Origin: an uncultured Luteimonas sp.
Lineage (GTDB): Bacteria; Pseudomonadota; Gammaproteobacteria; Xanthomonadales; Xanthomonadaceae
NCBI GenBank assembly: GCA_938008415.1
Contig: CALLKI010000063.1
Coordinates: 5,348-69,347 of the forward strand
Length of the DNA stretch: 64,000 nt
Reading direction: 5' to 3'
Part shown: one piece after another, positions 48,557 to 58,262 of the stretch
How positions within the stretch are numbered: the first letter of the stretch is position 1
Layout: each line of letters starts with the position of its first letter
Position numbers and translations under genes: made by a program
Notes under the pieces: model-generated
What the model was told of the DNA's origin: nothing
What the model saw: only the letters and a program-made list of their open reading frames with translations
The model's database searches: none

Positions 48557-49042
48557 TCAGGTTGGCAGGCGCAGTTCGACGTCGGGGATCCACAGCTCCC
48601 GCCAGCGGGCGATCTTCCGCTCGCGGCCCAGCGACTGCGGGGAAACCCGAACCGCCGGCGGCAGGATGGCGGCCTCGTCGAGGCAGCCGGCATTGACCGC
48701 GGCGTAAAGCCGGTCGGCGTCGGTGAAGGTGGCGGCCACCAGCACGCCACAGCGGGCGCACAGCCGGAATTCCGCAGCCTCCGAGCCCTGGCGGTACGAC
48801 AGGAGCGCGTTCCGTCCGGCGACGGTGATGTCCAGCCGTCCATCCGGGTCGGAGAGCCAGGCGGCGCCGTGCCGGCGGCAGAAGGAGCAGTCGCAGGCGC
48901 GCGGTGCGAGCGCCGCGGCCGGGAGCGAAGTGGCGAACGCGAGCCGCAGCAGCCCGCAGTGGCAGCCGCCGCGCATCAGCATGCGCCCATGCCGCGCCAG
49001 CGGGGCCTGTTGCCGTTCCATTCCGTCGGACATGGAGGCCAT
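48557..49042 (-). CDS. GFA-family (glutathione-dependent formaldehyde-activating / CENP-V-like) zinc protein
   Basis: Cys clusters GGCHCG, CDCSFC and CARCG. The start is uncertain (ATGs at 49042, 49033, 49021; the ORF is open to 49117). Confidence 0.68.
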   Translation of the reverse strand: MASMSDGMERQQAPLARHGRMLMRGGCHCGLLRLAFATSLPAAALAPRACDCSFCRRHGAAWLSDPDGRLDITVAGRNALLSYRQGSEAAEFRLCARCGVLVAATFTDADRLYAAVNAGCLDEAAILPPAVRVSPQSLGRERKIARWRELWIPDVELRLPT

Positions 49043-49268
49043 GGTGCCATGGGCGGGCCCGGGAGGTCCGGCGGTGGCGGGTTTCCCGCAGTTCCGGCAC
49101 GCGGGCCGGTCGGGCAATTCCTACAGCGGGCGCCGTCGCGCGCCGATGCCCATACCGGCGGAGGCCGGGAAGAATCGCCACGGGAGCACGCAGGGAAGCG
49201 GCGACATGCACGGACACGGCTGCCGGGACACGGATCCGCCGGAGGAAAGGCGTGCGGGGCGGGTTGCC

Positions 49269-51623
49269 ATGTTCGGCATCGCGACCGCGGCCGCGATGGC
49301 GTCGGGTGTCGTCGCCACGCTGCTGCTGCCGGCATGGCCGGGCTGGCCATGGTTCGCGGCGGCGCTGGTCGCCGGGTTGCTGTTGTGGGGGCGGGGAGGA
49401 CATGCGGCACTGGTGCCTGCGGGCGCGCTGCTGGCGGGGCTCGGCTGGTGCGGCCTGCATGCGCTGCACGCGATGTCGCTGCAGCTGCCGCCGGAGTTCG
49501 AGCGGGCGGACGTGCAGGTCGTCGGCCGGGTGGAGGGGCTGCCGGTCCACGGGGAGGAACGGACCTGGTTCGGGTTCCGGGTGGACCGTGACCCGCGCCT
49601 GCCGGCACACCTGCGCGGGCGCCTGCTGCGGCTGTCGTGGTACGACGGCTGGCAGGGCGTGGACGAACGGCGCTTCGAGGTCGCGCCGGGCGGCCGTTGG
49701 CGGTTCACGGTACGGCTGCGCGCGCCGCGTGGCCTGCGCAACCCGGGCTGGTACGACAGCGAGAAGCACGCGCTGGCCAACCGTGTCGCGGCGACGGGTT
49801 ACGTGCGCGCGCAGGACGGGCCGGAGCGCCTGTCCCCGGGCGGTGGCGTGGACGCATGGCGCGACGTGATGGCGCGGCGGATCGCGCATGTGCTGCCGGG
49901 CGCGTCCTCGCGTTACGTGCGGGCGCTGGCGCTGGGCGACACGCGCGGATTGCAGGACGCGGACTGGGAAGCACTGCGGGCCACCGGGCTGACCCACCTG
50001 ATCGCGATCTCCGGGTTCCACGTCGGGATGGTCGCGGGCTTCGTCGCGTTGCTGGTCGCGGGAGTGTGGTGGTGCCTGCCCGCGCTGGCGCGGCACGTGC
50101 CGCGGCCGCAGGCTTCGGGCGTGGCGGCGCTGGCCGGCGCGCTCGGCTATGCGGCGGTCGCCGGGTTCGCGCTGCCCACGGTGCGTACGGTGCTGATGAT
50201 CGCTGTGGTGGTGCTGGCACGGCTGTCGCGCAGCCACGTCGGCGTGGCCCAGTCGCTGGCCCTGGCCGCGATCGTGGTGCTCGCGTTCGACCCGCTGTCG
50301 GTGCTGGGGGCGGGGTTCTGGCTGAGCTACGCCGGCGTGGCGTGGCTGGCCTGGTGCATGCCCGTGGAGGGCGCCCTGCCGCTGCCGCGCGCCTTCCTGC
50401 TGGCGCAGACGGTGGCCACGCTGGGCCTGCTGCCGTTGACGGCGCTGCTGTTCGGGCAGGCTTCGCTGGCCGGGCCGCTGGCCAACCTGGTCGCGATCCC
50501 GTGGTGGAGCCTGGTGGTGGTGCCGCTGTCGCTGGCCGGCACCGCGCTGGAGGCTCTGCACGCGGGCTGGGGCACGGGGCTGTGGCGGGCCGCGGCCTGG
50601 TGCTTCGACCTGGCCTGGCCGCTGTTCGACATGCTCGCGCGCAGCCGGTTCGCGCTGTGGTGGCTGCCGGAGGCACGCTGGTTCGCGTTCCCGCTGGCGG
50701 TCGCGGGCACCTTCTGGATCCTGCTGCCGCGGGGCGTGCCCGGCAAGCCGCTGGCGGCATTGCTCCTGCTGCCGCTGCTGTGGCCGGACCGGCAGCTGCC
50801 CGGGCCGGGCGAAGCCGAGGTGGTGGTCTTCGACGTGGGGCAGGGTCTGTCGGTGCTGGTGCGCACGCAACGCCACGCGGTGCTGTACGACGCCGGCCCC
50901 CGTTCGCCGCACGGGTTCGACGCCGGCGAGCAGGTGGTGGTGCCGGCGCTGCACGCGCTTGGCGTCCGCAGGCTGGATGCGGTCGTGATCGGGCACGGGG
51001 ATGCCGACCATGCCGGCGGTTTCGGGGCCGTGGCGCGGCGCTTCGACCCGCCGGCGGTGTTCGCGGCGCGCGGCGCGCGGATCGCCGGCGCCGCGCCGTG
51101 CCTGGCCGGGACGCGCTGGGAATACGACGGCGTGGAGTTCCGCTTCCTCCACCCGGACGTGTACTTCCCCGAGCTGGGCAACGAATCGAGCTGCGTGCTG
51201 CGGGTGGCCTCGCGTCATGGCGCGGTGCTGCTGCCGGGGGACATCGGCGAGGTGGTCGAGCGGCTGCTGGCGCGCGCGCAGCCGGACGCGGTCCGCGCGG
51301 ACGTGGTGCTGATGGCGCACCACGGCAGCCGCGGATCCTCCGACTTCCTGTTCCTGCGTGCGACCGGCGCGCGCCTCGCGCTGGCATCGGCGGGCCACGG
51401 CAACCGCTTCGGCCATCCCCACGTACAGGCGCTGGAGCGCTGGCAGCGGGCAGGGGCGGCCATCCGCTCCACGCACGAGGCCGGGGCGCTGCGCGTGCGC
51501 CTCGGCCACGACGGGATCCGGGTCGAGGCGCGCCGGGACACGCACCGGCGCCCATGGGATGCCGAAGCCCGGCTGCGACGGCTGCAGCCCGGGGCCGCCG
51601 GGGTATCCTATCGGCCGGATTGA
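49269..51623 (+). CDS. comEC: DNA internalisation-related competence protein ComEC/Rec2
   Basis: In-frame ATG at 49269 (alternative at 49206). Competence domain (LTHLIAISGFHVGMV), multiple TMs, and a C-terminal metallo-beta-lactamase domain (VVVFDVGQGLS..., IGHGDADHAGG). Confidence 0.88.
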   Translation: MFGIATAAAMASGVVATLLLPAWPGWPWFAAALVAGLLLWGRGGHAALVPAGALLAGLGWCGLHALHAMSLQLPPEFERADVQVVGRVEGLPVHGEERTWFGFRVDRDPRLPAHLRGRLLRLSWYDGWQGVDERRFEVAPGGRWRFTVRLRAPRGLRNPGWYDSEKHALANRVAATGYVRAQDGPERLSPGGGVDAWRDVMARRIAHVLPGASSRYVRALALGDTRGLQDADWEALRATGLTHLIAISGFHVGMVAGFVALLVAGVWWCLPALARHVPRPQASGVAALAGALGYAAVAGFALPTVRTVLMIAVVVLARLSRSHVGVAQSLALAAIVVLAFDPLSVLGAGFWLSYAGVAWLAWCMPVEGALPLPRAFLLAQTVATLGLLPLTALLFGQASLAGPLANLVAIPWWSLVVVPLSLAGTALEALHAGWGTGLWRAAAWCFDLAWPLFDMLARSRFALWWLPEARWFAFPLAVAGTFWILLPRGVPGKPLAALLLLPLLWPDRQLPGPGEAEVVVFDVGQGLSVLVRTQRHAVLYDAGPRSPHGFDAGEQVVVPALHALGVRRLDAVVIGHGDADHAGGFGAVARRFDPPAVFAARGARIAGAAPCLAGTRWEYDGVEFRFLHPDVYFPELGNESSCVLRVASRHGAVLLPGDIGEVVERLLARAQPDAVRADVVLMAHHGSRGSSDFLFLRATGARLALASAGHGNRFGHPHVQALERWQRAGAAIRSTHEAGALRVRLGHDGIRVEARRDTHRRPWDAEARLRRLQPGAAGVSYRPD

Positions 51624-51654
51624 CGGCCGGAGGGCCGGAAAGAGGGGAGTGCAA

Positions 51655-52293
51655 GTGCTTGAACTGGTGAAGGCGGGCGGCTGGCCGATGATTCCGCTGC
51701 TGCTGCTGTCCGCCGTCGGCCTGGCGATCGTGGTCGAACGGCTCTGGGCCCTGCGCCGCAGGGCGGTGCTGCCGCCCGGGCTGGGCGAGGAAGTGCGCGC
51801 CTGGGCCGCGCGCGGGCGCCTGGATCCCGCGCACATTGAGTCGCTGCGTGCCAACTCGCCGCTCGGTGCGCTGCTGGCGGCGGTCCTGGACATGCGCAAC
51901 CGCCCGCGCGACGAGATCCGCGAGCGGGTCGAGGACACCGGCCGCCACATCGCCTTCCGCATGGAGCGTTACCTCAGCGCCCTCGGCACCATCGCCGGGG
52001 CCGGCCCGCTGCTCGGCCTGTTCGGCACCGTGGTCGGCATGATCCAGATGTTCCTCGGCGTGATGGGCCATGGCGTCGGCGACGTGAACCAGCTCGCCGG
52101 CGGCATCGGCAAGGCGCTGGTCTGTGCGGCCACCGGCATGATCGTGGCGGTCCCGGCACTGGTGTTCCACCGGTTCTTCCGAGCCAGGATCGACGGCTAC
52201 ATCGTCGAGATGGAGCACGAGGCCATCCAGCTGATGGACGTCATCGACCCCCGCGCGCGCCGGGCCGCGGGAACCGGGACATTGCAGGACTGA
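51655..52293 (+). CDS. exbB: MotA/TolQ/ExbB-family proton channel protein
   Basis: GTG at 51655 with an AGAGGGGAG SD. Motifs GGWPMIPLLLLSAVGLAIVVER and LGLFGTVVGMIQMF. Confidence 0.87.
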   Translation: MLELVKAGGWPMIPLLLLSAVGLAIVVERLWALRRRAVLPPGLGEEVRAWAARGRLDPAHIESLRANSPLGALLAAVLDMRNRPRDEIRERVEDTGRHIAFRMERYLSALGTIAGAGPLLGLFGTVVGMIQMFLGVMGHGVGDVNQLAGGIGKALVCAATGMIVAVPALVFHRFFRARIDGYIVEMEHEAIQLMDVIDPRARRAAGTGTLQD

Positions 52294-52297
52294 CCGG

Positions 52298-52732
52298 ATG
52301 CGCATCCGCGACCGCCGCGCCGAGGACCTGCCTGAAATCAACCTCGTGCCGCTGATCGACGTGATCCTGGTGCTGATCATCTTCTTCGTGGTCACCACCA
52401 CGTTCGACGCGCGCTCGGTGCTCAAGCTCGAACTGCCGCGTGCATCCGGTGACCGGAACGAGGCGCAGTCCAAGGCGCTGAACCTGCTGATCAATGCCGA
52501 GGGGCGCTATTTCGTCGAGGACCGCGAGGCGCTTCGCACCGACGTCGAGTCGCTCAAGCGCACCATCGTGGAGGTGGCGGGCGACGACCGGGACCGCACC
52601 GTGCTGGTGCGCGCAGACGCGCGCACGCCGTGGCAGGCGGTGGTGACCGCCTACGACGCGCTGGGCCAGCTCGGCTTCCGGCGCATCGCCAACGCCACGG
52701 CCCCGGAACGGCCGCAGGGGCAGGAGAGATGA
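52298..52732 (+). CDS. exbD: ExbD/TolR-family biopolymer transport protein
   Basis: [20 protein letters not shown] is the canonical ExbD TM segment. Confidence 0.9.
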   Translation: MRIRDRRAEDLPEINLVPLIDVILVLIIFFVVTTTFDARSVLKLELPRASGDRNEAQSKALNLLINAEGRYFVEDREALRTDVESLKRTIVEVAGDDRDRTVLVRADARTPWQAVVTAYDALGQLGFRRIANATAPERPQGQER

Positions 52733-54486
52733 GCGGTGGGGGCAAGACCGGCGCCTGGCCGACCTACCGGCGGCTGCTGGGACACGCGGCCAGGTATTGG
52801 CCGTTCCTCGTGCTGGCGCTGCTGGCGATGGTGGTCGAGGCGGTGGCCGGCGTCGCCTTCGCCCGGCTGATGGAACCGCTGGTCAACGACGGTTTCGTCG
52901 AGCCCAAGCCGGGCATGGCGGTCAAGCTGCCGCTGGCGATCATCGGCATCTTCATCATCCGCGGCTTCGCCACCTTCGTCACCGACTACGGCATGGCGCG
53001 CGTCGGCCGCAGCGTGGTGCGCGATTTCCGCGAGCTTGTGCTGGGCAAGTACCTGCGCATGCCCAGTTCCCGCTTCGACGTCGAATCGGTGCCGGCGATG
53101 GTCAGCCGCCTCAGCTTCGACACCGAGCAGGTGGCGCAGGCCAGTTCCGACGCTCTGAAGATGCTCATCACCGACGGCCTGACCATCGTCGGCCTGTTCG
53201 CGCTGATGCTGTACACCAGCGTGAAGGTCACCCTGGCGATGATCGTGATCGCGCCGCTGATCGGGCTGCTGGTGTGGTACGTCGGCGGCCGCTACCGGCG
53301 GATCAGCAGCGGCATCCAGGACGGCATGGGCGAGCTGGCGCAGAGCGCCGAGCAGTCGCTGTCCGCGCAGCAGGACGTGAAGGTGTACGGCGCGCAGCCC
53401 TTCGAGAGCGAGCGCTATTCGCGCCTGGCCAACCGCATCCTTCGCCTGAACATGAAAGTGGACACCACGCGCGCGCTGTCCTCGGCGCTGGTGCAGGTGC
53501 TGGCGGCGCTGGCGCTGGCCGGGATCGTGTGGGTGGCGGTCGGCGAATCGCTGGCCGGCCGGCTGGATCCGGGCCAGTTCATGACCATGATGACGGCGAT
53601 GACCGGCATCATCCCGTCGCTGCGCCGGATCACCAACGTGCAGGGCGTGATCGGGCGGGGTGTCGCGGCGGCGGAGCGGCTGTTCGCGGTGCTCGATGCC
53701 GAGGAGGAGCGGGACACCGGCAAGGTGCCGCTGGTGCGCACGCGCGGCGAGCTGGTGTTCGACCACGTTTCGCTCAGGTACGGCGGCGGGCAGGACCGCA
53801 TGGCCCTGGAGGACATCAGCTTCGAGGCCAGGCCGGGCACGGTGACCGCCATCGTCGGCCGTTCCGGCAGCGGCAAGACCAGCCTGGTGCGGCTGGTGCC
53901 GCGATTCTACGAGCCGACCTCGGGCACGATCACCCTGGACGGCATCCCGCTCTCGGACTACCGGCTGGCCGACCTGCGCCGGCAGATCGCGCTGGTCGGC
54001 CAGAAGGTGATGCTGTTCGACGACAGCGTCGCCGCCAACATCGCCTACGCCAGCGACGCCACGCCGGAGGAACTGCGTGCCGCCGCCGAGGCCGCGAACG
54101 CCTGGGAATTCATCGAGCGGCTGCCGCTGGGCATGGACACACAGATCGGCGAGAACGGCTCGCTGCTGTCGGGGGGACAGCGCCAGCGGCTGGCGATCGC
54201 CCGCGCGATCCTGCGCGACGCGCCGATCCTGATCCTCGACGAGGCGACCGCCGCGCTCGACACCGAATCCGAGCGGCTGGTGCAGGACGCGCTGCAACGC
54301 CTGATCCCGCACCGCACGACGCTGGTGATCGCGCACCGCCTCTCGACCATCGAGCACGCGGACCAGGTGCTGGTGCTCGACCATGGGCGCCTGGTCGAAC
54401 GCGGCACCCATGCCGACCTGCTGCGGCGGGACGGGCTGTACGCGCACCTGCACCGCATGCAGTTCCGCGACCAGACGGACGCATGA
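52729..54486 (+). CDS. msbA: Lipid A export ABC transporter MsbA (fused permease/ATPase)
   Basis: ATGA overlap with exbD. It has a six-TM domain, Walker [10 protein letters not shown], signature LSGGQRQR and Walker B ILILDEAT. It lies upstream of lpxK. Confidence 0.92.
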   Translation: MSGGGKTGAWPTYRRLLGHAARYWPFLVLALLAMVVEAVAGVAFARLMEPLVNDGFVEPKPGMAVKLPLAIIGIFIIRGFATFVTDYGMARVGRSVVRDFRELVLGKYLRMPSSRFDVESVPAMVSRLSFDTEQVAQASSDALKMLITDGLTIVGLFALMLYTSVKVTLAMIVIAPLIGLLVWYVGGRYRRISSGIQDGMGELAQSAEQSLSAQQDVKVYGAQPFESERYSRLANRILRLNMKVDTTRALSSALVQVLAALALAGIVWVAVGESLAGRLDPGQFMTMMTAMTGIIPSLRRITNVQGVIGRGVAAAERLFAVLDAEEERDTGKVPLVRTRGELVFDHVSLRYGGGQDRMALEDISFEARPGTVTAIVGRSGSGKTSLVRLVPRFYEPTSGTITLDGIPLSDYRLADLRRQIALVGQKVMLFDDSVAANIAYASDATPEELRAAAEAANAWEFIERLPLGMDTQIGENGSLLSGGQRQRLAIARAILRDAPILILDEATAALDTESERLVQDALQRLIPHRTTLVIAHRLSTIEHADQVLVLDHGRLVERGTHADLLRRDGLYAHLHRMQFRDQTDA

Positions 54487-55508
54487 GCAGGCGGCGGCAC
54501 GACACCCCGCGCTGGTGGTTCGACGGCTCGCCGCCGCCGGTGTACGCGCGCGCACTGGCGGCCGCCTACGGGGCCGCCACCGGCCTGCGCCGCGGGTTGT
54601 ACGCGCGCGGCTGGCTGCCGCGGGTCAGCGCCGGATGCCCGGTGGTGGTGGTCGGCAACCTGATCGCGGGCGGCAGTGGCAAGACGCCGCTTTCGATCGC
54701 CCTGGTCGAACGGCTGCGCGGGGCAGGCTGGAACCCGGGCGTGGCGAGCCGAGGCTACGGGCGCGACGAGCCCGGCGTGCCGCGGTGGGTGGATGCCCGG
54801 ACCGATCCCTGTCTGGGTGGAGACGAGCCGGTCCTGATCGCCATGCGCACCGGCGCGAAGGTGCGGGTGGATGCAGACCGTGCGGCCGCGGCCCGCGCGC
54901 TGGTGGCGGAAGGCTGCGACATCGTGGTCTGCGACGACGGGCTGCAGCATTACCGGCTTGCCCGCGACATCGAGATCGAGGTGATCGACGGCCGCCGCCG
55001 CTACGGCAACGGCCGGCTGCTGCCGGCAGGTCCCCTGCGGGAGCCGGTTGCGCGCGGCGCCCGGGCCGACTTCCGGGTGCTCAACCTCGGCAGCGGCGGT
55101 GACGGCATCGCACCCGGCTTCGGCGAGTGGCCGATGGGTCTGGTGCCGGGGCCGGCGCGTCCGCTGGCCGGCGGGCGCCCGGTGCCGCTTACGGCGTTCG
55201 CCGGGCAGCGGGTGCACGCGGTCGCCGGCATCGGCGATCCCGAGCGGTTCTTCTCGATGCTGCGCGGCCTTGGCATCGCGGTGGTGCCGCATGCCTTCCC
55301 CGACCACCACCGCTACAGCGCGGAAGACCTGCGTTTCGGCAGCGACCTGCCTGTGCTCATGACGTCGAAGGACGCGGTCAAGTGCGCGGCGTTCGCCGAT
55401 TCCCGGCATTACGAGGTCGGCATCGACGCCAGGCTGCCCGAGGCGTTCTGGGTGGCGTTGCTGCATCGCCTGTCCACGTTGCCGGGGGCGCCGGGTCCGG
55501 ACCGGTGA
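54483..55508 (+). CDS. lpxK: Tetraacyldisaccharide 4'-kinase
   Basis: ATGA overlap with msbA. P-loop [15 protein letters not shown], plus SRGYGR and DDGLQH. Confidence 0.92.
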   Translation: MSRRRHDTPRWWFDGSPPPVYARALAAAYGAATGLRRGLYARGWLPRVSAGCPVVVVGNLIAGGSGKTPLSIALVERLRGAGWNPGVASRGYGRDEPGVPRWVDARTDPCLGGDEPVLIAMRTGAKVRVDADRAAAARALVAEGCDIVVCDDGLQHYRLARDIEIEVIDGRRRYGNGRLLPAGPLREPVARGARADFRVLNLGSGGDGIAPGFGEWPMGLVPGPARPLAGGRPVPLTAFAGQRVHAVAGIGDPERFFSMLRGLGIAVVPHAFPDHHRYSAEDLRFGSDLPVLMTSKDAVKCAAFADSRHYEVGIDARLPEAFWVALLHRLSTLPGAPGPDR

Positions 55509-55555
55509 GGCGCCATGGCCGCCGCAGGGCCATCGTCCCGGCATGCCCGTCCGCT

Positions 55556-55561
55556 TAGAAT
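55556..55561 (+). promoter_or_regulatory. Candidate -10 hexamer TAGAAT, 7 nt upstream of the preferred kdsB ATG
   Basis: Same geometry as at nfuA. The 55515-55568 stretch has many A/T third positions and rare codons (AGA, CTT), so it looks non-coding. Confidence 0.3.
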
Positions 55562-55568
55562 GGGCCGG

Positions 55569-56336
55569 ATGGACCGATCCGGCTTCGTTGTCGCCATTCC
55601 CGCGCGCCATGACGCGTCGCGCCTGCCCGGCAAGCCCCTGCGCCTGCTCGGCGGTGAGCCGCTGGTATTGCACGTCGCGCGCCGTGCGCTGGCCGCGGGC
55701 GCGCGCGAGGTCTGGGTGGCGGCCGACGACGAGCGCATCGCACGCGCGCTCGAGGGCAACGGCGTGCGCGTGGCGATGACCTCCCGGGGACATGCCTCGG
55801 GCACCGACCGGCTGGCCGAATGCGCCGCGATCGCCGGCTGGGACGACGACATGGTGGTGGTGAACCTGCAGGGCGACGAACCTTTCGCCCCGCCGGACGG
55901 CATCCGCGCGGTGGCGGAACTGCTGGTGGCAAGCGGCGCGGAGATGGCCACACTGGCAGACCCGGCGGTGGACGGCCGCCAGCTGTTCGACCCGAACACG
56001 GTCAAGGTCGTGTGCAACGGGCGTGGCGACGCGCTGTACTTCAGCCGCGCCCCGGTCCCGTGGCACCGCGACGCCTTCGCAGCGGGCGGCCGCGAGCCGG
56101 CGCCGGGTGCCTGCCTGCGCCACATCGGCATCTACGCCTACCGCGTCGGCTTCCTGAAGCGCTTCGCGGCGATGCCCCAGGGCCGGCTGGAGCGGCTGGA
56201 GTCGCTGGAGCAACTGCGGGTGCTGGAAGCCGGGTACCGGATCGCCGTGGTGCGGACCCCGGTCCCGTTCCCGCCGGGCGTGGACACGCCGGAGGACCTG
56301 GAGCGTGCCGAGGCGAGGCTGGCGAGCGGTGTCTGA
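55569..56336 (+). CDS. kdsB: 3-deoxy-manno-octulosonate cytidylyltransferase (CMP-KDO synthetase)
   Basis: [24 protein letters not shown] aligns with the E. coli KdsB N-terminus ([21 protein letters not shown]). NLQGDEP is present. In-frame alternatives are at 55560 and 55515 (the latter has a GAGG SD). Confidence 0.9.
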   Translation: MDRSGFVVAIPARHDASRLPGKPLRLLGGEPLVLHVARRALAAGAREVWVAADDERIARALEGNGVRVAMTSRGHASGTDRLAECAAIAGWDDDMVVVNLQGDEPFAPPDGIRAVAELLVASGAEMATLADPAVDGRQLFDPNTVKVVCNGRGDALYFSRAPVPWHRDAFAAGGREPAPGACLRHIGIYAYRVGFLKRFAAMPQGRLERLESLEQLRVLEAGYRIAVVRTPVPFPPGVDTPEDLERAEARLASGV

Positions 56337-56340
56337 GCCC

Positions 56341-56817
56341 ATGCGCCTGCTGGTGGTCTGTCTCGGCAACATCTGCCGCTCGCCCATGGCGGAGGGCGCG
56401 CTGCGCTTCCGCATCGCCGAGGCCGGCCTGGAGCATCTGGTGGAGGTGGATTCGGCCGGGACCGGGGACTGGCACGTGGGCGAGCCGCCGGACCGCCGCG
56501 CCATCGCCACCGCTGCGCGGCACGGCGTGGACATCTCGATGCTCCGCGCCCGCCAGCTGCAGGCGGCCGACTACCACCGCTTCGACTGGCTGCTGTGCGC
56601 CGACCGCTCCAACCTGCGCGACGTGCGGGCCCGGGCCCCGGCCGGGGGGCGGGCCGGCATCGCGCTGCTGCGTGAATGGGCCGGGCAGGGCGAGGGCGCG
56701 GTGATCGCGGACCCGTACACGGGCGGCCCGGCGCAGTTCGAGGAGGTCTGGCGCCAGGTCGATGCCGCCGCGCGCGCCATCGTGGAGCGCATCGCCAGCC
56801 AGGCCCTCGCCGGATGA
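56341..56817 (+). CDS. Low-molecular-weight protein-tyrosine phosphatase
   Basis: MRLLVVCLGNICRSPMAEG (CX5R P-loop) and a DP motif (ADPYTG). It holds the same position after kdsB as ptpA in P. aeruginosa. Confidence 0.9.
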   Translation: MRLLVVCLGNICRSPMAEGALRFRIAEAGLEHLVEVDSAGTGDWHVGEPPDRRAIATAARHGVDISMLRARQLQAADYHRFDWLLCADRSNLRDVRARAPAGGRAGIALLREWAGQGEGAVIADPYTGGPAQFEEVWRQVDAAARAIVERIASQALAG

Positions 56818-58262
56818 CGCATAATCCGGACACGATGGACGCCGCGATCGCCCCGGAATTCCCGCCCAGCCTCGAATGGCTGAACCTGCTTTCGCCGCTG
56901 CGGATGGCGCAACTGCGGGGCAAGGTCTGCGTGCTGGCGTTCGTCAACCCGGGTTCCGCCTGGTGCCAGCAGCGCCTGAACGACCTGGCCCACCTGCGCA
57001 CGCGCCATCCCGACCGGCTGCACGTGGTCGCGGTCTGCGTGCCCAGGTTCGACCATGAGCGCGACCCGCGCCGGGTCGCCAAGCGCCTGGCCCGCCACAG
57101 GTACGGATTCCCGCTCGCGCACGATCCCGACTGGACGATGTGGCAGCACTACGGGATCGAGGCCTGGCCGACGGTCGTGCTGATCGACGGCGATGGGCGG
57201 ATCCGCGAGCGTGTCGTGGGCGAAGGCCCGATCCGCGAGCTCGATGCGCTGGTGACGGGGCTGATCGAGGAACTGGTGCCGCGCTCGCTGAACCCGGATC
57301 CGATCGAGCTGCGCCGGGTCGGGGAGCCGCCGCTGCCGCTGCGCTTCCCGTGCGGCCTCGCGCTGTCGGGCAATTTCCTCTACGTGGCCGACAGCGGCCA
57401 CCATCGCGTGCTCGAGTGCGACCAGACGACCGGGCGCGTGCTGCGCCAGTTCGGCAGTGGCAGCCCGGGCTTCATCGACGGCCCGATGGAGCTGGCGGCC
57501 TTCAACCGCCCGCACGCGCTCTGCGTGCAACACAACATGCTGTACGTGGCGGACGCGGGCAACCATGCCGTGCGCCGCATCGAGCTGCGCAGCGGCGACG
57601 TGGACACCCTGTGCGGCGCGGGCCGCCCGGGCGTGCCGGCGGAGGGGCCGGTGCAGGACCCGCGCGCCGTCGCCCTCGACCAGCCGCGCGCCATCGCCCT
57701 GGCCGGCGGGAAGATGTACATCGCCACCGCCGGCGACAACCGGCTGTGGGCCTTCGACCTCGGCGCCCCCTCGATCAGCCTGGTGGCCGGCTCGGGGGCG
57801 CTGGCCGTGACGGACGGCACCGGTACGCAGGCGTCGTTCGCCGAGCCCGTGGCGCTGGCCGCGGTGCAGCAGGTGGTCTACGTCTGCGACGGCGCCGGTT
57901 CGGCGATCCGCAGCGTCAACACCCGCACCGGGCAGGTGTCCACGCTGGTCGGACAGGACACCTGGAACTTCGGCAACGCCGACGGCCCGCGCACCGAGGC
58001 GCGGCTGCAGCAGCCGCAGGCGATCGCGCTCGACCCGGAGTCGCCGGTGCTGTGGATCGCCGACAGCGGCAACGACCGCCTGCGCACCCTGCGCCTGGGT
58101 GGCGGCGACCTGGCGACCTTCGCCCTGGAGCAGCGCCTGCACGCACCGGGCGGGATCGTGGCCGGCGCCGGAGTGCTCTGGATCGCGGACACCGACGCCC
58201 ACGCGGTGCTGAGACTGGATACCCGGACGGGGACCGTACGCCACGTCCCGATCGGCGAATGA
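56814..58262 (+). CDS. Thioredoxin-fold + NHL-repeat beta-propeller protein
   Basis: ATGA overlap with the phosphatase gene. The N-terminal redoxin-like domain has a single Cys (FVNPGSAWCQQ). It is followed by repeated NHL-type blades (YVADSGHHRV, YVADAGNHAVRRI, WIADSGNDRLR, WIADTDAHAVLRL). Confidence 0.8.
   Translation: MTHNPDTMDAAIAPEFPPSLEWLNLLSPLRMAQLRGKVCVLAFVNPGSAWCQQRLNDLAHLRTRHPDRLHVVAVCVPRFDHERDPRRVAKRLARHRYGFPLAHDPDWTMWQHYGIEAWPTVVLIDGDGRIRERVVGEGPIRELDALVTGLIEELVPRSLNPDPIELRRVGEPPLPLRFPCGLALSGNFLYVADSGHHRVLECDQTTGRVLRQFGSGSPGFIDGPMELAAFNRPHALCVQHNMLYVADAGNHAVRRIELRSGDVDTLCGAGRPGVPAEGPVQDPRAVALDQPRAIALAGGKMYIATAGDNRLWAFDLGAPSISLVAGSGALAVTDGTGTQASFAEPVALAAVQQVVYVCDGAGSAIRSVNTRTGQVSTLVGQDTWNFGNADGPRTEARLQQPQAIALDPESPVLWIADSGNDRLRTLRLGGGDLATFALEQRLHAPGGIVAGAGVLWIADTDAHAVLRLDTRTGTVRHVPIGE

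Noticed and set aside
48534-52494. Upstream 1140 codons of ORF 48150..51962 and ORF 49705..52494 (929 aa), both on the minus strand
   Set aside because: Both are antisense to comEC and exbB. Only the last 127 codons of the first ORF (a two-TM DUF3592-like protein with its own ATG) look real; the remainder is Arg/Pro/Gly junk.
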